Below, piece by piece: positions 50,745-60,687 of a stretch of 64,000 bases of DNA. The stretch lies in the NCBI GenBank assembly GCA_963718665.1, contig OY970359.1, positions 736,001 to 800,000 on the forward strand. Direction: 5' to 3'. How positions within the stretch are numbered: the first letter of the stretch is position 1; each line of letters begins with the position of its first letter. The translations under genes were made by a program, and so were the position numbers. This DNA is from an uncultured Phycisphaerales bacterium (lineage in GTDB: Bacteria > Planctomycetota > Phycisphaerae > Sedimentisphaerales > Anaerobacaceae). The notes beneath the pieces are model-generated. The model did not search any database, was not told the DNA's origin, and saw only the letters and a program-made list of their open reading frames with translations.

Positions 50745-52319
50745 ATGAATGTATTACTTGTTTTTGCGGTTATCTTTGTCGGGGCTGTCGATTCCAAATC
50801 CCTGACCGGGCCGCAAGGCATCTCAGACAGTCCTTTTGAAAATTCAGCCCCTGCGACACCTCAAAACAAGATAGATGAGCTGGTCCTCGCCGGGTTAAAG
50901 CGGTCGGGCATTCAGCCGGCCAATATATGCTCCGACGCGGTATTTGTCCGCCGAGTTTATATTGACGTGATTGGCACACTGCCCACCCAAAAAGAGGCCG
51001 ATGAGTTCCTGCGGAACCAGAATCCAAACAAGCGCATATCGCTTATCAACCGCCTGTTGGAACGAGAGGAATTTGTCGATTACTGGACGCTGAAATGGTG
51101 CGACCTGCTGAGGGTCAAGTCCGAATTCCCCATAAACCTTTGGCCAAACGCAGTGCAGGCGTATTATCACTGGATTCACGATTCGCTGCGCACAAATATG
51201 CCTTATGACCAGTTCGCCCGCGAGTTACTGACTTCGAGCGGGAGCAACTTCCGCGTGCCGCAGGCAAATTTCTACCGCGCGATTCAGGGCCGCAATTCCT
51301 CCGATATCGCCAGGACAGTTGCCCTGACGTTTATGGGGACACGTTACGAAAGTTTGCCTCAATCCACCCGGACTAATATGGAAGCTTTTTTCTCACAGGT
51401 CGCCTATAAGAAAACCGCCGAGTGGAAGGAAGAAATCGTATATCTGAACCCGGCGCTGGCCGGCCCGCGTGAGGCCGTTTTCCCGGACGGCAGAAAAGTG
51501 CAAATTCAGCCAAAGGATGACCCAAGGCGTTTATTCGCCGACTGGCTTACCGAACCGAATAATCAATGGTTCGCACGCAATATAACCAACCGCGTATGGG
51601 CATGGCTGATGGGTCGCGGCATTATTAACGAGCCGGATGATATCCGGCCGGATAACCCACCGATAAATCCTGAACTGCTTGCCTTTTTGGAAAAGGAGCT
51701 TGTAAAATCCAAATACGACCTGAAACATATTTACCGGCTAATACTCAACTCCGGCACATATCAGCAATCTTCGATTCCCCGCAACAATAATCCGCGAGTC
51801 GAGGCGATGTTCGCCTGCTATCCTGTCCGCCGGCTGGACGCGGAAGTGCTAATCGACGCTTTAGACCAGATTGGCGGGACAGGAGAAAACTATTCGAGCG
51901 ACATACCGGAACCCTTCACCTTTATTCCCGAAGGGCAGCGAACCATTAAACTGGAGGACGGCAGCATAACAAGTCAGTTTCTCGAAATGTTCGGCAGACC
52001 CGCACGCGATACCGGACTGGAATCCGAACGCAACAACCAGCCCTCGGATTCTCAGCGGCTGTATCTGCTCAATTCAAACGATATAAAAAACAAGATAGAA
52101 CGCAGCCCGATATTGCGCCAGCAGGCAGAAGCAGCAAAAGGAAACCGCACTGAGCTTATAAAAAATATATACCTGACCATCCTGTCCCGTTATCCGACAA
52201 AGTCCGAATCAGAAACGGCTGAAAAATATTTTCAAAGCGAAGGAATGACGCGAAAAGCCGCTATTGATGACCTGGCGTGGGTGCTGATTAACACCAAGGA
52301 GTTTTTATATCGGCATTAA
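50745..52319 (+). CDS. DUF1549/DUF1553 domain protein
   Basis: NKIDELV, D..FVRRVYIDVIGTLPT, NRVWAWLMGRGII, RRLDAE, DLAWVLINTKEFLYRH. Confidence 0.9.
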   Translation: MNVLLVFAVIFVGAVDSKSLTGPQGISDSPFENSAPATPQNKIDELVLAGLKRSGIQPANICSDAVFVRRVYIDVIGTLPTQKEADEFLRNQNPNKRISLINRLLEREEFVDYWTLKWCDLLRVKSEFPINLWPNAVQAYYHWIHDSLRTNMPYDQFARELLTSSGSNFRVPQANFYRAIQGRNSSDIARTVALTFMGTRYESLPQSTRTNMEAFFSQVAYKKTAEWKEEIVYLNPALAGPREAVFPDGRKVQIQPKDDPRRLFADWLTEPNNQWFARNITNRVWAWLMGRGIINEPDDIRPDNPPINPELLAFLEKELVKSKYDLKHIYRLILNSGTYQQSSIPRNNNPRVEAMFACYPVRRLDAEVLIDALDQIGGTGENYSSDIPEPFTFIPEGQRTIKLEDGSITSQFLEMFGRPARDTGLESERNNQPSDSQRLYLLNSNDIKNKIERSPILRQQAEAAKGNRTELIKNIYLTILSRYPTKSESETAEKYFQSEGMTRKAAIDDLAWVLINTKEFLYRH

Positions 52320-52336
52320 AATCGCTGATAAAATAT

Positions 52337-53671
52337 ATGAGAGAACAGAGAAAAATAAATTTTATTACCCGGCGAGAAACGCTGAAGCTGGGACTTCTCA
52401 GCGCAGCAGGTTTTGCCTTCGCTGAAAGATTCAGCGGATACGCCTTCGGCGAAGATGCAAATTTGCCGCCGGCAACCAGGCGAGCGCCCGCGAAAGCGGT
52501 TATAGAACTTTGGATGTCGGGCGGGCCGTCGCATTTAGACACATTTGACCCCAAACCGCAAGCGGGCAACGATTACTGTGGCCCATTCAAAAACCCGATT
52601 GCGACAAATGTGGAAGGCATACAAATCTGCGAACTGCTGCCACAGCTCGCCAAACAGGCGGACAAATACTCAATCATTCGCAGTATGACCCACGGCAGTA
52701 ACGCCCATGAAACGGCAACATACATAATGAAAACCGGCCGAAAACCCGGCGATAACCTGGTTTTCCCCGGCATGGGGGCGGTTGTCTCATTATTCAAAGG
52801 ATATGACCACGGCTATAAAGGCCTGATTCCGCCGTACATTGTGCTTACCGACACCGAAGGGCGATTCTCCGAAGAAGGTTTCCTCGGCCCACGCTACAAG
52901 CCATTCGCCACGGGAGGCGACCCGAGCCAAAAGCGTTTCGTCGTATCGGGAGTCGTTGCGGAGGGCATTTCAGACCAGAGGCAGAAAAGCAGGCGAGAGC
53001 TGCTTGGCTCACTCGATTCACTCGGTAAAGCAATGCCCGGAAATCCACAATTCGAACAGTTAGACCAATGTGAGGAAAAGGCCTACAACCTGATTCTCGG
53101 TGACAGCGGCAAAGTATTCGATATGTCTAATGAAAAAGACGAGCTTAGGGATAAATACGGCAGGAACAAATTCGGACAATCCTGTCTGATGGCCCGCCGG
53201 CTTGTAGAAATCGGCGTCCCGTACATCACCGTCGACTCCCGCGGTTGGGATACCCATAAGCAGAATTTCGAGACGATGCGCCGCAAACTTCCCGAACTGG
53301 ACAAGGGAATGGCCACCCTGCTGCAGGACCTAAGCGACCGGGGCCTGCTTGACAGCACCATAGTAATATGGATGGGCGAATTCGGACGCACGCCGAAAAT
53401 ACAATGGGAATCACCCTGGAACGGTGGGCGGGGACATTATGGCAACTGCTTCAGCGCGGTTGTCGCGGGAGGCGGATTCAAAGGCGGACGGGTTGTCGGC
53501 GCATCGGACGATAAAGGCGAGGAAGTAGCCCGGCGTCCCGTGCTCGCGGCAGATTTAATCGGCAGTATATATGAACTGCTGGGCATCGACCCGGATGGTC
53601 CGCTTCCGAACCCGAAAGGGTTAGCTCTTCAGGTTATGCCTTCAACCGGCCGGCTAAAGGAAATAATGTAA
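52337..53671 (+). CDS. DUF1501 domain protein, Tat-exported
   Basis: TRRETLK Tat motif, WMSGGPSHLDTFDPKP, GWDTH, GEFGRTPKI. Confidence 0.92.
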   Translation: MREQRKINFITRRETLKLGLLSAAGFAFAERFSGYAFGEDANLPPATRRAPAKAVIELWMSGGPSHLDTFDPKPQAGNDYCGPFKNPIATNVEGIQICELLPQLAKQADKYSIIRSMTHGSNAHETATYIMKTGRKPGDNLVFPGMGAVVSLFKGYDHGYKGLIPPYIVLTDTEGRFSEEGFLGPRYKPFATGGDPSQKRFVVSGVVAEGISDQRQKSRRELLGSLDSLGKAMPGNPQFEQLDQCEEKAYNLILGDSGKVFDMSNEKDELRDKYGRNKFGQSCLMARRLVEIGVPYITVDSRGWDTHKQNFETMRRKLPELDKGMATLLQDLSDRGLLDSTIVIWMGEFGRTPKIQWESPWNGGRGHYGNCFSAVVAGGGFKGGRVVGASDDKGEEVARRPVLAADLIGSIYELLGIDPDGPLPNPKGLALQVMPSTGRLKEIM

Positions 53672-53680
53672 ACGAGCGAG

Positions 53681-56032
53681 ATGATTACTTTATCGAGACG
53701 ATTACTGATTGTGGTTTTGGTCTTATACGCGGCAAATGCGCAGGGCGCCTCAAATGAAAGAGAGCCGCACATCGGGTACCTTTACCCGGCCGGCGGGCAA
53801 CAAGGCTCCGTCATTAAAATTACCGTGGGCGGACAGTTTATTAAAGACATCAACGAAGTATATGTAACCGGCCAGGGGGTGCACGGCTCGGTAATACGCT
53901 ACATTGGCCGGGTAAAACCTTTGAACGGCGACCAGCGCAAGGAACTCCAGAGACAGATTAATGAATTACGAAAAAAACTTCAGGGCCTGGGCAAAAAACC
54001 GATGCCTCCAATCGCACAGGACGCAAATAAACCTGCCGATGCAAATAAGCCCGACGATACAAACACGCCGCCGGTTACGCTGCCGGACCATCCCCTTTTG
54101 CGAAATCTCGAAAAGCTAAGCCCAAAGGGACTTCAAAAGGTTGCGGAAGAATTCCTCAGCAATAAATATCCCGTCAGCATGCAGATTGGTGAAATGGCGA
54201 TTATCGAAATCACCATCGACCCCAACGCCGAACCGGGCGACCGGGAGCTTCGGATTGGAACCAGCGCCGGCCTGACAAACCCATTATGCTTCCAGGTCGG
54301 GCTGCTGCCGGAAACATGCTCGCCGGAACTCAAAGACCCGGGCAAACCCTTTACACCAAAAGTCCGGATTCCCGTCCTGCTCAACGGACAGATTCTTCCC
54401 GGCGAGGCGGACCGTTTTCGCTTCAGCGCAAAAAAAGGACAGAATCTCACGATAGAGGCACAGGCCCGACATCTGATTCCATATCTCGCAGACGCTGTGC
54501 CCGGCTGGTTTCAGGCGATCTTGACTCTGTATGACACCAAAGGCAAAGAGCTGGCCTACGCGGGCAATTACCTTTTTAATCCCGACCCGGTGTTATTTTA
54601 CAGGATTACCAGGGACGGCGACTATGAGATTGAGATTCGCGACTCCATTTACCGTGGGCGGGAGGATTTCGTCTATCGCGTCAGCTTGTCGGAACAACCA
54701 TTCATAACACAAATGTTTCCGCTCGGAGGTCAGACGGGGGTCTTCACGGTCGCTTCAATATCCGGCTGGAATCTCGACACCAACGAAATACCGCTGGATA
54801 CAATGCCCGGCGGCGGTGCAATCCGTCAGGCCCAGTTGCGGCAAAACAACCAGCGAAGTAATAGCGTCCCTTACGCGGTGGATACACTGCCCGAATGTGA
54901 TGAAATCGAAGACAACGGCACAACAGAAGACGCTCAGCACATTATCCTGCCGCAAATAGTTAACGGGCGAATCAGTAAGCCGGGCGATATTGACATATTC
55001 CGGTTCGACGCCAACGCCGGCGACGAGATAGTGGCTGAGGTATATGCTCGCAGGTTGAATTCCCCTCTCGACTCGCTGCTGTGGCTCAGTGACGCCAACG
55101 GGAAGGTGCTGGGATACAACGACGATAACGGGGATAAGAACGTGGGCCTGCTCACGCACAACGCCGATTCGTATTTGCGTCTCCGGCTGCCTGAAACCGG
55201 GGCATACTTTATGCATCTGGCCGACTCGGAGAATCACGGCGGCCCGGATTACGGCTATCGCCTGCGAATCAGCCACCCACAGCCGGATTTTGCCCTGTTA
55301 GCAGCGCCATCAAGTATAAACATCCTGGCCGGCGGCACCGTTCCAGTAACCATTGAAGCATTACGCAAAGACGGCTTTAACGGTGAAATCGAAGTGATGC
55401 TCAAAGACGCGCCGCCCGGCTTCAAACTAAGCGGGGCACGAATCCCAGCGGGATGCGACCGCTTACGCGTTACTCTTACGGCTCCGCAAAAGCCACTGGA
55501 GCAGCCAATTAATCTGCAACTTGAAGGCCGGGCCAAAATCGACGGCCAGGCGGTCAGCAGGCCGGTTACACCAGCGGAGGATATGATGCAGGCGTTTATC
55601 TACCAGCATATGGTTCCATCTCAGGAGCTTATGGTCATGACGGGATATTACAAACGCCGTGCACCGACTTTTGAGCTGGTCGATGATAACAATATTAAAA
55701 TCCCCGCAGGCGGTAAAACCAAAGTGCGGGTCAAAATACCGAGAAGACCAGCGTCCCCCGCACCCACTATCTATCTTGAACTTAGCGAACCGCCCGCAGG
55801 CCTGATACTTGGGGATGTGAACATAATCCCCGGCGAATTAACATTCGCGATTGCTGTGGACAGCAACGCCGCCAAAGTCGGGCTTGTGGATAATCTTATT
55901 GTGGATGTCTCCGCTGACCCGCCAAATAATCCCCAGAACAACCAAAAGAAGATGCCCAAACAGCGGGTTTACCTGGGCGTCCTGCCTGCCATACCGTTTG
56001 AGATTACGCCAAGAGATAACAAAGACAAATGA
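53681..56032 (+). CDS. Secreted PPC (pre-peptidase C-terminal) repeat protein
   Basis: PHIGYLYPAGGQQG; repeated NG.I..PG..D.FRF.A..G PPC domains. Confidence 0.85.
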   Translation: MITLSRRLLIVVLVLYAANAQGASNEREPHIGYLYPAGGQQGSVIKITVGGQFIKDINEVYVTGQGVHGSVIRYIGRVKPLNGDQRKELQRQINELRKKLQGLGKKPMPPIAQDANKPADANKPDDTNTPPVTLPDHPLLRNLEKLSPKGLQKVAEEFLSNKYPVSMQIGEMAIIEITIDPNAEPGDRELRIGTSAGLTNPLCFQVGLLPETCSPELKDPGKPFTPKVRIPVLLNGQILPGEADRFRFSAKKGQNLTIEAQARHLIPYLADAVPGWFQAILTLYDTKGKELAYAGNYLFNPDPVLFYRITRDGDYEIEIRDSIYRGREDFVYRVSLSEQPFITQMFPLGGQTGVFTVASISGWNLDTNEIPLDTMPGGGAIRQAQLRQNNQRSNSVPYAVDTLPECDEIEDNGTTEDAQHIILPQIVNGRISKPGDIDIFRFDANAGDEIVAEVYARRLNSPLDSLLWLSDANGKVLGYNDDNGDKNVGLLTHNADSYLRLRLPETGAYFMHLADSENHGGPDYGYRLRISHPQPDFALLAAPSSINILAGGTVPVTIEALRKDGFNGEIEVMLKDAPPGFKLSGARIPAGCDRLRVTLTAPQKPLEQPINLQLEGRAKIDGQAVSRPVTPAEDMMQAFIYQHMVPSQELMVMTGYYKRRAPTFELVDDNNIKIPAGGKTKVRVKIPRRPASPAPTIYLELSEPPAGLILGDVNIIPGELTFAIAVDSNAAKVGLVDNLIVDVSADPPNNPQNNQKKMPKQRVYLGVLPAIPFEITPRDNKDK

Positions 56033-56208
56033 TTAAACTCGTGGATACCCCACAATTGCGAAACCAAGTTGGAATCCAGATAAGGCAACAGGCGTTAAAA
56101 GAGCTTACGCATACGAAAATGGCTGCAAAAACACAACAGCTTTATGATGACTTGTTAAACCCCAAATATCCTAACGACAATCAAAACCACAAGCATGCCG
56201 ACGACTAA
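56029..56208 (+). pseudogene. C-terminal remnant resembling a family-4 glycosyltransferase
   Basis: IKLVDTPQLRNQVGIQIRQQALKELTHTKMAAKTQQLYDDLL fits the GT-B terminal helix pattern L...P.LR...G...R.......MA.....LY..LL. Confidence 0.5.
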
Positions 56209-56328
56209 CAAGCTGGCCCTAAGTACTCTTGCCTGTTTGGTTTTGGGCTCGATTAACTGCCAGAAAAAAGCCGCTACAACCGCCACAAGGCAGATTCGCA
56301 GAACAAAAATTATAACGCTCCAGACCAT
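56155..56328 (-). CDS. Small two-helix membrane protein
   Basis: 57 aa, two hydrophobic segments; TTGACT-N18-TATAAT ends 6 nt before the ATG. Confidence 0.65.
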   Translation of the reverse strand: MVWSVIIFVLRICLVAVVAAFFWQLIEPKTKQARVLRASLLVVGMLVVLIVVRIFGV

Positions 56329-56598
56329 ATTCAAATTATATACCATTTTATCATTTTTAGTCAAGCAAAAATTGCCCATTTTAACATCATTCTAACCCAA
56401 TAGCTTCCTACCCAATTTCCCAGTATCAAAAAACGGTTTGCTGGCCAGCCAACAGGGCAATTCGGTACTCGATGCAGACAAAAGCTGAACTCTCCCTATT
56501 GGCCGGTTTCAGTAAATATTAAAGCCCAAAAGAAGTATGAGCCGAAAAGAACACAGGATGTTTCACAACATAACTGGTTTAAATTTAAGGAGATACAG

Positions 56599-56835
56599 AT
56601 GCAGTTCTTCACAGAAATCAAGAAATGGCTGGCGGAGATTACTGAAATAGCGCTGCTGTTGATTGCCCTCGGTGTCGCGGTTGAGATTCTGTTTGGTAAC
56701 ACTGTGCCGTTCTTCGGCCAGGTGATTACCAATATAACGGGAATCCTGAAGGTCCTTGGCGAAAACGGGCTGGTGGGTCTGGTCGCTCTTGGGATTATTC
56801 TGTACCTGTTCAATAAGAGGAAAGCTACCAACTAA
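56599..56835 (+). CDS. Small membrane protein
   Basis: AAGGAG RBS; hydrophobic, LGENGLVGLVALG; terminator downstream. Confidence 0.75.
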   Translation: MQFFTEIKKWLAEITEIALLLIALGVAVEILFGNTVPFFGQVITNITGILKVLGENGLVGLVALGIILYLFNKRKATN

Positions 56836-56872
56836 GCCGGCCTGCTTGAACACCCGAACAAAAGTAACTTAT

Positions 56873-56921
56873 GCCGCGCGGCCTGACAGTAAACAAGTCC
56901 GGCTGCGCGGCCTTTTTATTT
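56873..56921 (+). terminator. Intrinsic terminator
   Basis: GCCGCGCGGCC...GGCTGCGCGGC followed by TTTTTATTTT. Confidence 0.7.
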
Positions 56922-57109
56922 TGTCCCAATAATTATCTGCGGAAAATATCCTGTGTTATCTCCGCTCATTATCGTTTCACATAAGAGAGGCCTTCCGGTA
57001 GAAATGGTGCACGGCGGCTTAAGCGGCCTCGGAAAACTACGTTACCCAGCAAAATACGTTGCTTTAAGGTCAGCTTTCCCAAAAACTTAGCATCGGATGA
57101 GTTTTTTTA

Positions 57110-57124
57110 TGGTACGGGATATGC
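57110..57124 (+). promoter_or_regulatory. Putative sigma54 (-24/-12) promoter
   Basis: TGGTACGGGATATGC with GG-N10-GC spacing. Confidence 0.5.
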
Positions 57125-57330
57125 GAGTCAAATTGCGAGGCGATGACAGACTGATTGGTGTGCCCGTCAAAACGGGTAAGCGTTTATTCTTCTGTCGCCG
57201 AACATTGAAAGCGTTTTGATGATATAATAGTGTGAAGTGGCTGTTTGCAATAAAAGGCCAGATGAGAACGTCTGAAAGAAATAGCGGGATAGGGTATTAA
57301 ATAATGGGGCTGAAGATAAGTTAAGGAATA

Positions 57331-58035
57331 ATGAAAATGAAAACGACAAGATTTACGTTAATTTCAATCGTGGTATTGGGCATTTTGATTGGGCAGTCAA
57401 ACTCGGCTTTGGCACGCACCAATGTATCTATGGGTGTTGGCGTTGGCTTTCCGGGTTTTTATGGTGGTTACCGCGCCGGTCCATACGGGTATCCGCATAA
57501 TTACCATTATTGGGGACCGGGCTGGGGTGGGCGGTACAATTATCCGTACGGCAGGACCATTATTGTCTCCGGTGGATATTGGTATGACTGGGGGCCGGAC
57601 TATTATGTTGTCGACCAGCCGATAATCGAAAGCGCCCCGGTGGTTGTTGAAAACCAAACAGTGGTGGGTTCGACAAACTCACCACAGGTTGTACAGCCAA
57701 AGCGAATCGATAAGGAGACACAGGCACTACTTAAAACCCTGCGATACAAGAGAGGCGTGCTTCTCAAGCAGCTTAAGACAGGTGACAAAGAGCAGCGAAT
57801 GCAAGCGATAAAAGAATTGGCGGCATTCTCTTTTGATGATAACGTTAGACAATCCCTTGAGAAAGTTCTGCTCTCGGACCCTGACCCCGAATTGCGAACA
57901 GAAGTTGCGAATGCATTCGGCGAAGTGAAGAACGTCAAAGCCATGGCTGCCCTCGAAAAAGCGAGGGTAGAAGATGCGGATGAGAATGTTCGCAAAGCAG
58001 CCGACCAGGCAATCAAAAACCTGGGGAGCAACTAA
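57331..58035 (+). CDS. Secreted Gly/Tyr-rich protein with C-terminal HEAT repeats
   Basis: Signal peptide, G/Y/W-rich segment, DPDPELRTEVANAFG and DADENVRKAADQAI HEAT repeats. Confidence 0.75.
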   Translation: MKMKTTRFTLISIVVLGILIGQSNSALARTNVSMGVGVGFPGFYGGYRAGPYGYPHNYHYWGPGWGGRYNYPYGRTIIVSGGYWYDWGPDYYVVDQPIIESAPVVVENQTVVGSTNSPQVVQPKRIDKETQALLKTLRYKRGVLLKQLKTGDKEQRMQAIKELAAFSFDDNVRQSLEKVLLSDPDPELRTEVANAFGEVKNVKAMAALEKARVEDADENVRKAADQAIKNLGSN

Positions 58036-58287
58036 GTTCAACTTCTGTTTACAGATTGAATTCTGTAATAATAGGTGTATGGTCGCTGGGGCAAGGTAAC
58101 AAGCCCGTACTGCCCAACCATCAGGCCGTCCTCCTGTATGACTTCAAAAGCCCACAAGACGCTCCAGACGTAGGAATTATGCTGCATAACTGCTAAAAAG
58201 TCGACCAATTTCAACAAAGTATGCTGATTACTAAGATTAGCTTTCCTAAATATTTAACGTCGGATGAGTTTTTTTATAGTACGGGAT

Positions 58288-60672
58288 TCACACATGTTTG
58301 CCCGCCTTGCCCAGACCCCATTTCCAGTTGCGGATTTCCGGCATATCTTCGCCGTGCTTGTCGATGTACTGTTTGTGCTCGATGAGCTTGTCCTTGAGCT
58401 GCTGCTTAAGGTAAACGCCCTTGTCGCCGGTCTGCGGCAGTCGGTCGATGGTATCCATCACGAGATGGAAGCGGTCCAGTTCGTTCAGCACCGTCATGTC
58501 AAAGGGCGTGGTGATGGTGCCCTCTTCCTTGTAGCCGCGGACGTGGAAGTTGTCGTGGTTGGTGCGGCGGTAGGTCAGCCGGTGGATCAACCACGGATAA
58601 GCATGGAAGGCGAAGATGACCGGCTTGTCCTTGGTGAAGAGCTCGTCGAAATCTATGTCGCTCAACCCGTGCGGGTGCTCCGTGCTGGGCTCCAGCTTCA
58701 TGAGGTCGACGACGTTGACCACCCGGATTTTCAGGTCGGGCAGATGCTCTCGTATAATTGAGACGGCGGCGAGCGTCTCCAGTGTAGGCACGTCGCCACA
58801 GCAGGCCATGACCACGTCGGGCGCAACGCCCTGGTCGTTGCTGGCCCACGGCCAGATGCCGATGCCCTCGGTGCAGTGCTTGACGGCGGCGTCCATCGTC
58901 AGCCACTGCGGCGCCGGGTGTTTGCCCGCGATCACGACATTAACGTAATGGCGGCTGCGCAGGCAGTGGTCCATCACCGACAGCAGACAGTTTGCATCCG
59001 GCGGAAGGTAAACACGCACGACTTCGGCCTTCTTGTTCACGACGTGGTCGATGAAACCGGGATCCTGGTGAGTGAAGCCGTTGTGATCCTGGCGCCAGAC
59101 ATGCGAGGCCAACAGATAGTTTAAGGAGGCGATCTTCCGCCGCCACGGCAGGTGCGATGTGACCTTCAGCCACTTGGCGTGCTGGTTGAACATCGAATCG
59201 ACGATATGGATGAACGCCTCGTAGCAGTTGAAGAGTCCATGCCGCCCGGTGAGCAGGTAGCCCTCGAGCCAGCCCTCGCATTGGTGTTCGCTGAGCATTT
59301 CCATCACGCGCCCAGTGGGCGCGAGAAATTCGTCGTTCGGAACGGTCGCGGCGTCCCATTGGCGTTTGGTAACTTCAAAGAGGGCCTCCAAGCCGTTGGA
59401 GAGCGTCTCGTCAGGGCCAAAGACCCGGAAATTCCGCTGGTCACTGTTCAGCTTTGCAACATCGCGCAGGAAACGCCCGAGCACATGCGTATCGCCGATG
59501 CCAGCCGTCCCCGGCGAGGGCACGTCCTCCGCGTAGTCGCGGAAATCCGGCATCCGCAGGTCGCGGAGCAGAATGCCGCCGTTGGCGTGGGGATTTGCGC
59601 CCATGCGTCGTTCGCCCTTCGGCGCAAGTTCGGCCAGTTCCGGTTTCAGACGGCCCTGCTTATCGAAGAGTTCCTCCGGCCGGTAGCTCCTCAGCCATTC
59701 TTCCAACAGCTTGAGGTGTTCGGGATGGGTGGCCGGATCGGAGAGCGGCACCTGGTGCGAACGGAAAGTGCCTTCAACCTGCAGGCCATCGACCATCTTA
59801 GGCCCCGTCCAGCCCTTGGGTGAATTGAGGACGATCATCGGCCAGCGAGGACGCACGCAGTTGCCGCGAACGCGGGCATCCTGCTGGATTCTTTTTATCT
59901 CCTCGACCGCCATGTCAAGCGCCGTAGCCATGGCCTCATGCATCAGCTCTGGCTCGTGACCCTCGACGAAGTATGGCGTCCACCCGTAGCCGCGGAGTAA
60001 CTGTTCCAATTCCTCGCGGGTGATGCGGGCGAGGAGAGTCGGGTTGGAAATCTTATAGCCGTTGAGATGCAGGATAGGCAGCACCGCGCCATCGGTGGCC
60101 GGATTGAGAAACTTGTTGGAATGCCACGCTGTGGCCAGCGGTCCCGTTTCCGCCTCGCCATCGCCGACAACGCAGGCAACGACGAGATTGGGATTGTCGA
60201 ACACCGCCCCGAACGAATGGCTGAGCGAATAGCCCAGCTCGCCGCCCTCGTGGATCGAGCCCGGGCACTCCGGTGATGCGTGACTTGGAATTCCTCCGGG
60301 AAACGAAAACTGAATAAAGAGCTTCCGAAGTCCGGCCTCATCCTGGCTGATATTGGGATAGATCTCGCTGTAAGTGCCCTCGAGATAAGTGTTGCCCACG
60401 ACTGCCGGGCCGCCGTGACCGGGGCCGGAGACGTAAATCATGTCGAGGTCGTATTTTTTGATGACCCGGTTCAAGTGCACATAAATGAAGTTCTGCCCGG
60501 GTGTCGTGCCCCAGTGTCCCAGCAGCATGTGTTTCACATCCGCGAGCGTCAGCGGCCGCTTCAGCAGCGGATTGTCGTAGAGATAAATCTGGCCAACCGA
60601 CAGATAGTTGGCGGCACGCCAGTAGGCATCCATCTTGTGGAGCAGTTCCGGGGAAAGAGTTTTTGTCGTGAT
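58288..60672 (-). CDS. xfp: Phosphoketolase (XFP family)
   Basis: [54 protein letters not shown]; first ATG at 60633, RBS-positioned ATC at 60672. Confidence 0.95.
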   Translation of the reverse strand: MTTKTLSPELLHKMDAYWRAANYLSVGQIYLYDNPLLKRPLTLADVKHMLLGHWGTTPGQNFIYVHLNRVIKKYDLDMIYVSGPGHGGPAVVGNTYLEGTYSEIYPNISQDEAGLRKLFIQFSFPGGIPSHASPECPGSIHEGGELGYSLSHSFGAVFDNPNLVVACVVGDGEAETGPLATAWHSNKFLNPATDGAVLPILHLNGYKISNPTLLARITREELEQLLRGYGWTPYFVEGHEPELMHEAMATALDMAVEEIKRIQQDARVRGNCVRPRWPMIVLNSPKGWTGPKMVDGLQVEGTFRSHQVPLSDPATHPEHLKLLEEWLRSYRPEELFDKQGRLKPELAELAPKGERRMGANPHANGGILLRDLRMPDFRDYAEDVPSPGTAGIGDTHVLGRFLRDVAKLNSDQRNFRVFGPDETLSNGLEALFEVTKRQWDAATVPNDEFLAPTGRVMEMLSEHQCEGWLEGYLLTGRHGLFNCYEAFIHIVDSMFNQHAKWLKVTSHLPWRRKIASLNYLLASHVWRQDHNGFTHQDPGFIDHVVNKKAEVVRVYLPPDANCLLSVMDHCLRSRHYVNVVIAGKHPAPQWLTMDAAVKHCTEGIGIWPWASNDQGVAPDVVMACCGDVPTLETLAAVSIIREHLPDLKIRVVNVVDLMKLEPSTEHPHGLSDIDFDELFTKDKPVIFAFHAYPWLIHRLTYRRTNHDNFHVRGYKEEGTITTPFDMTVLNELDRFHLVMDTIDRLPQTGDKGVYLKQQLKDKLIEHKQYIDKHGEDMPEIRNWKWGLGKAGKHV

Positions 60673-60687
60673 TCAATTCTCCTTTTT

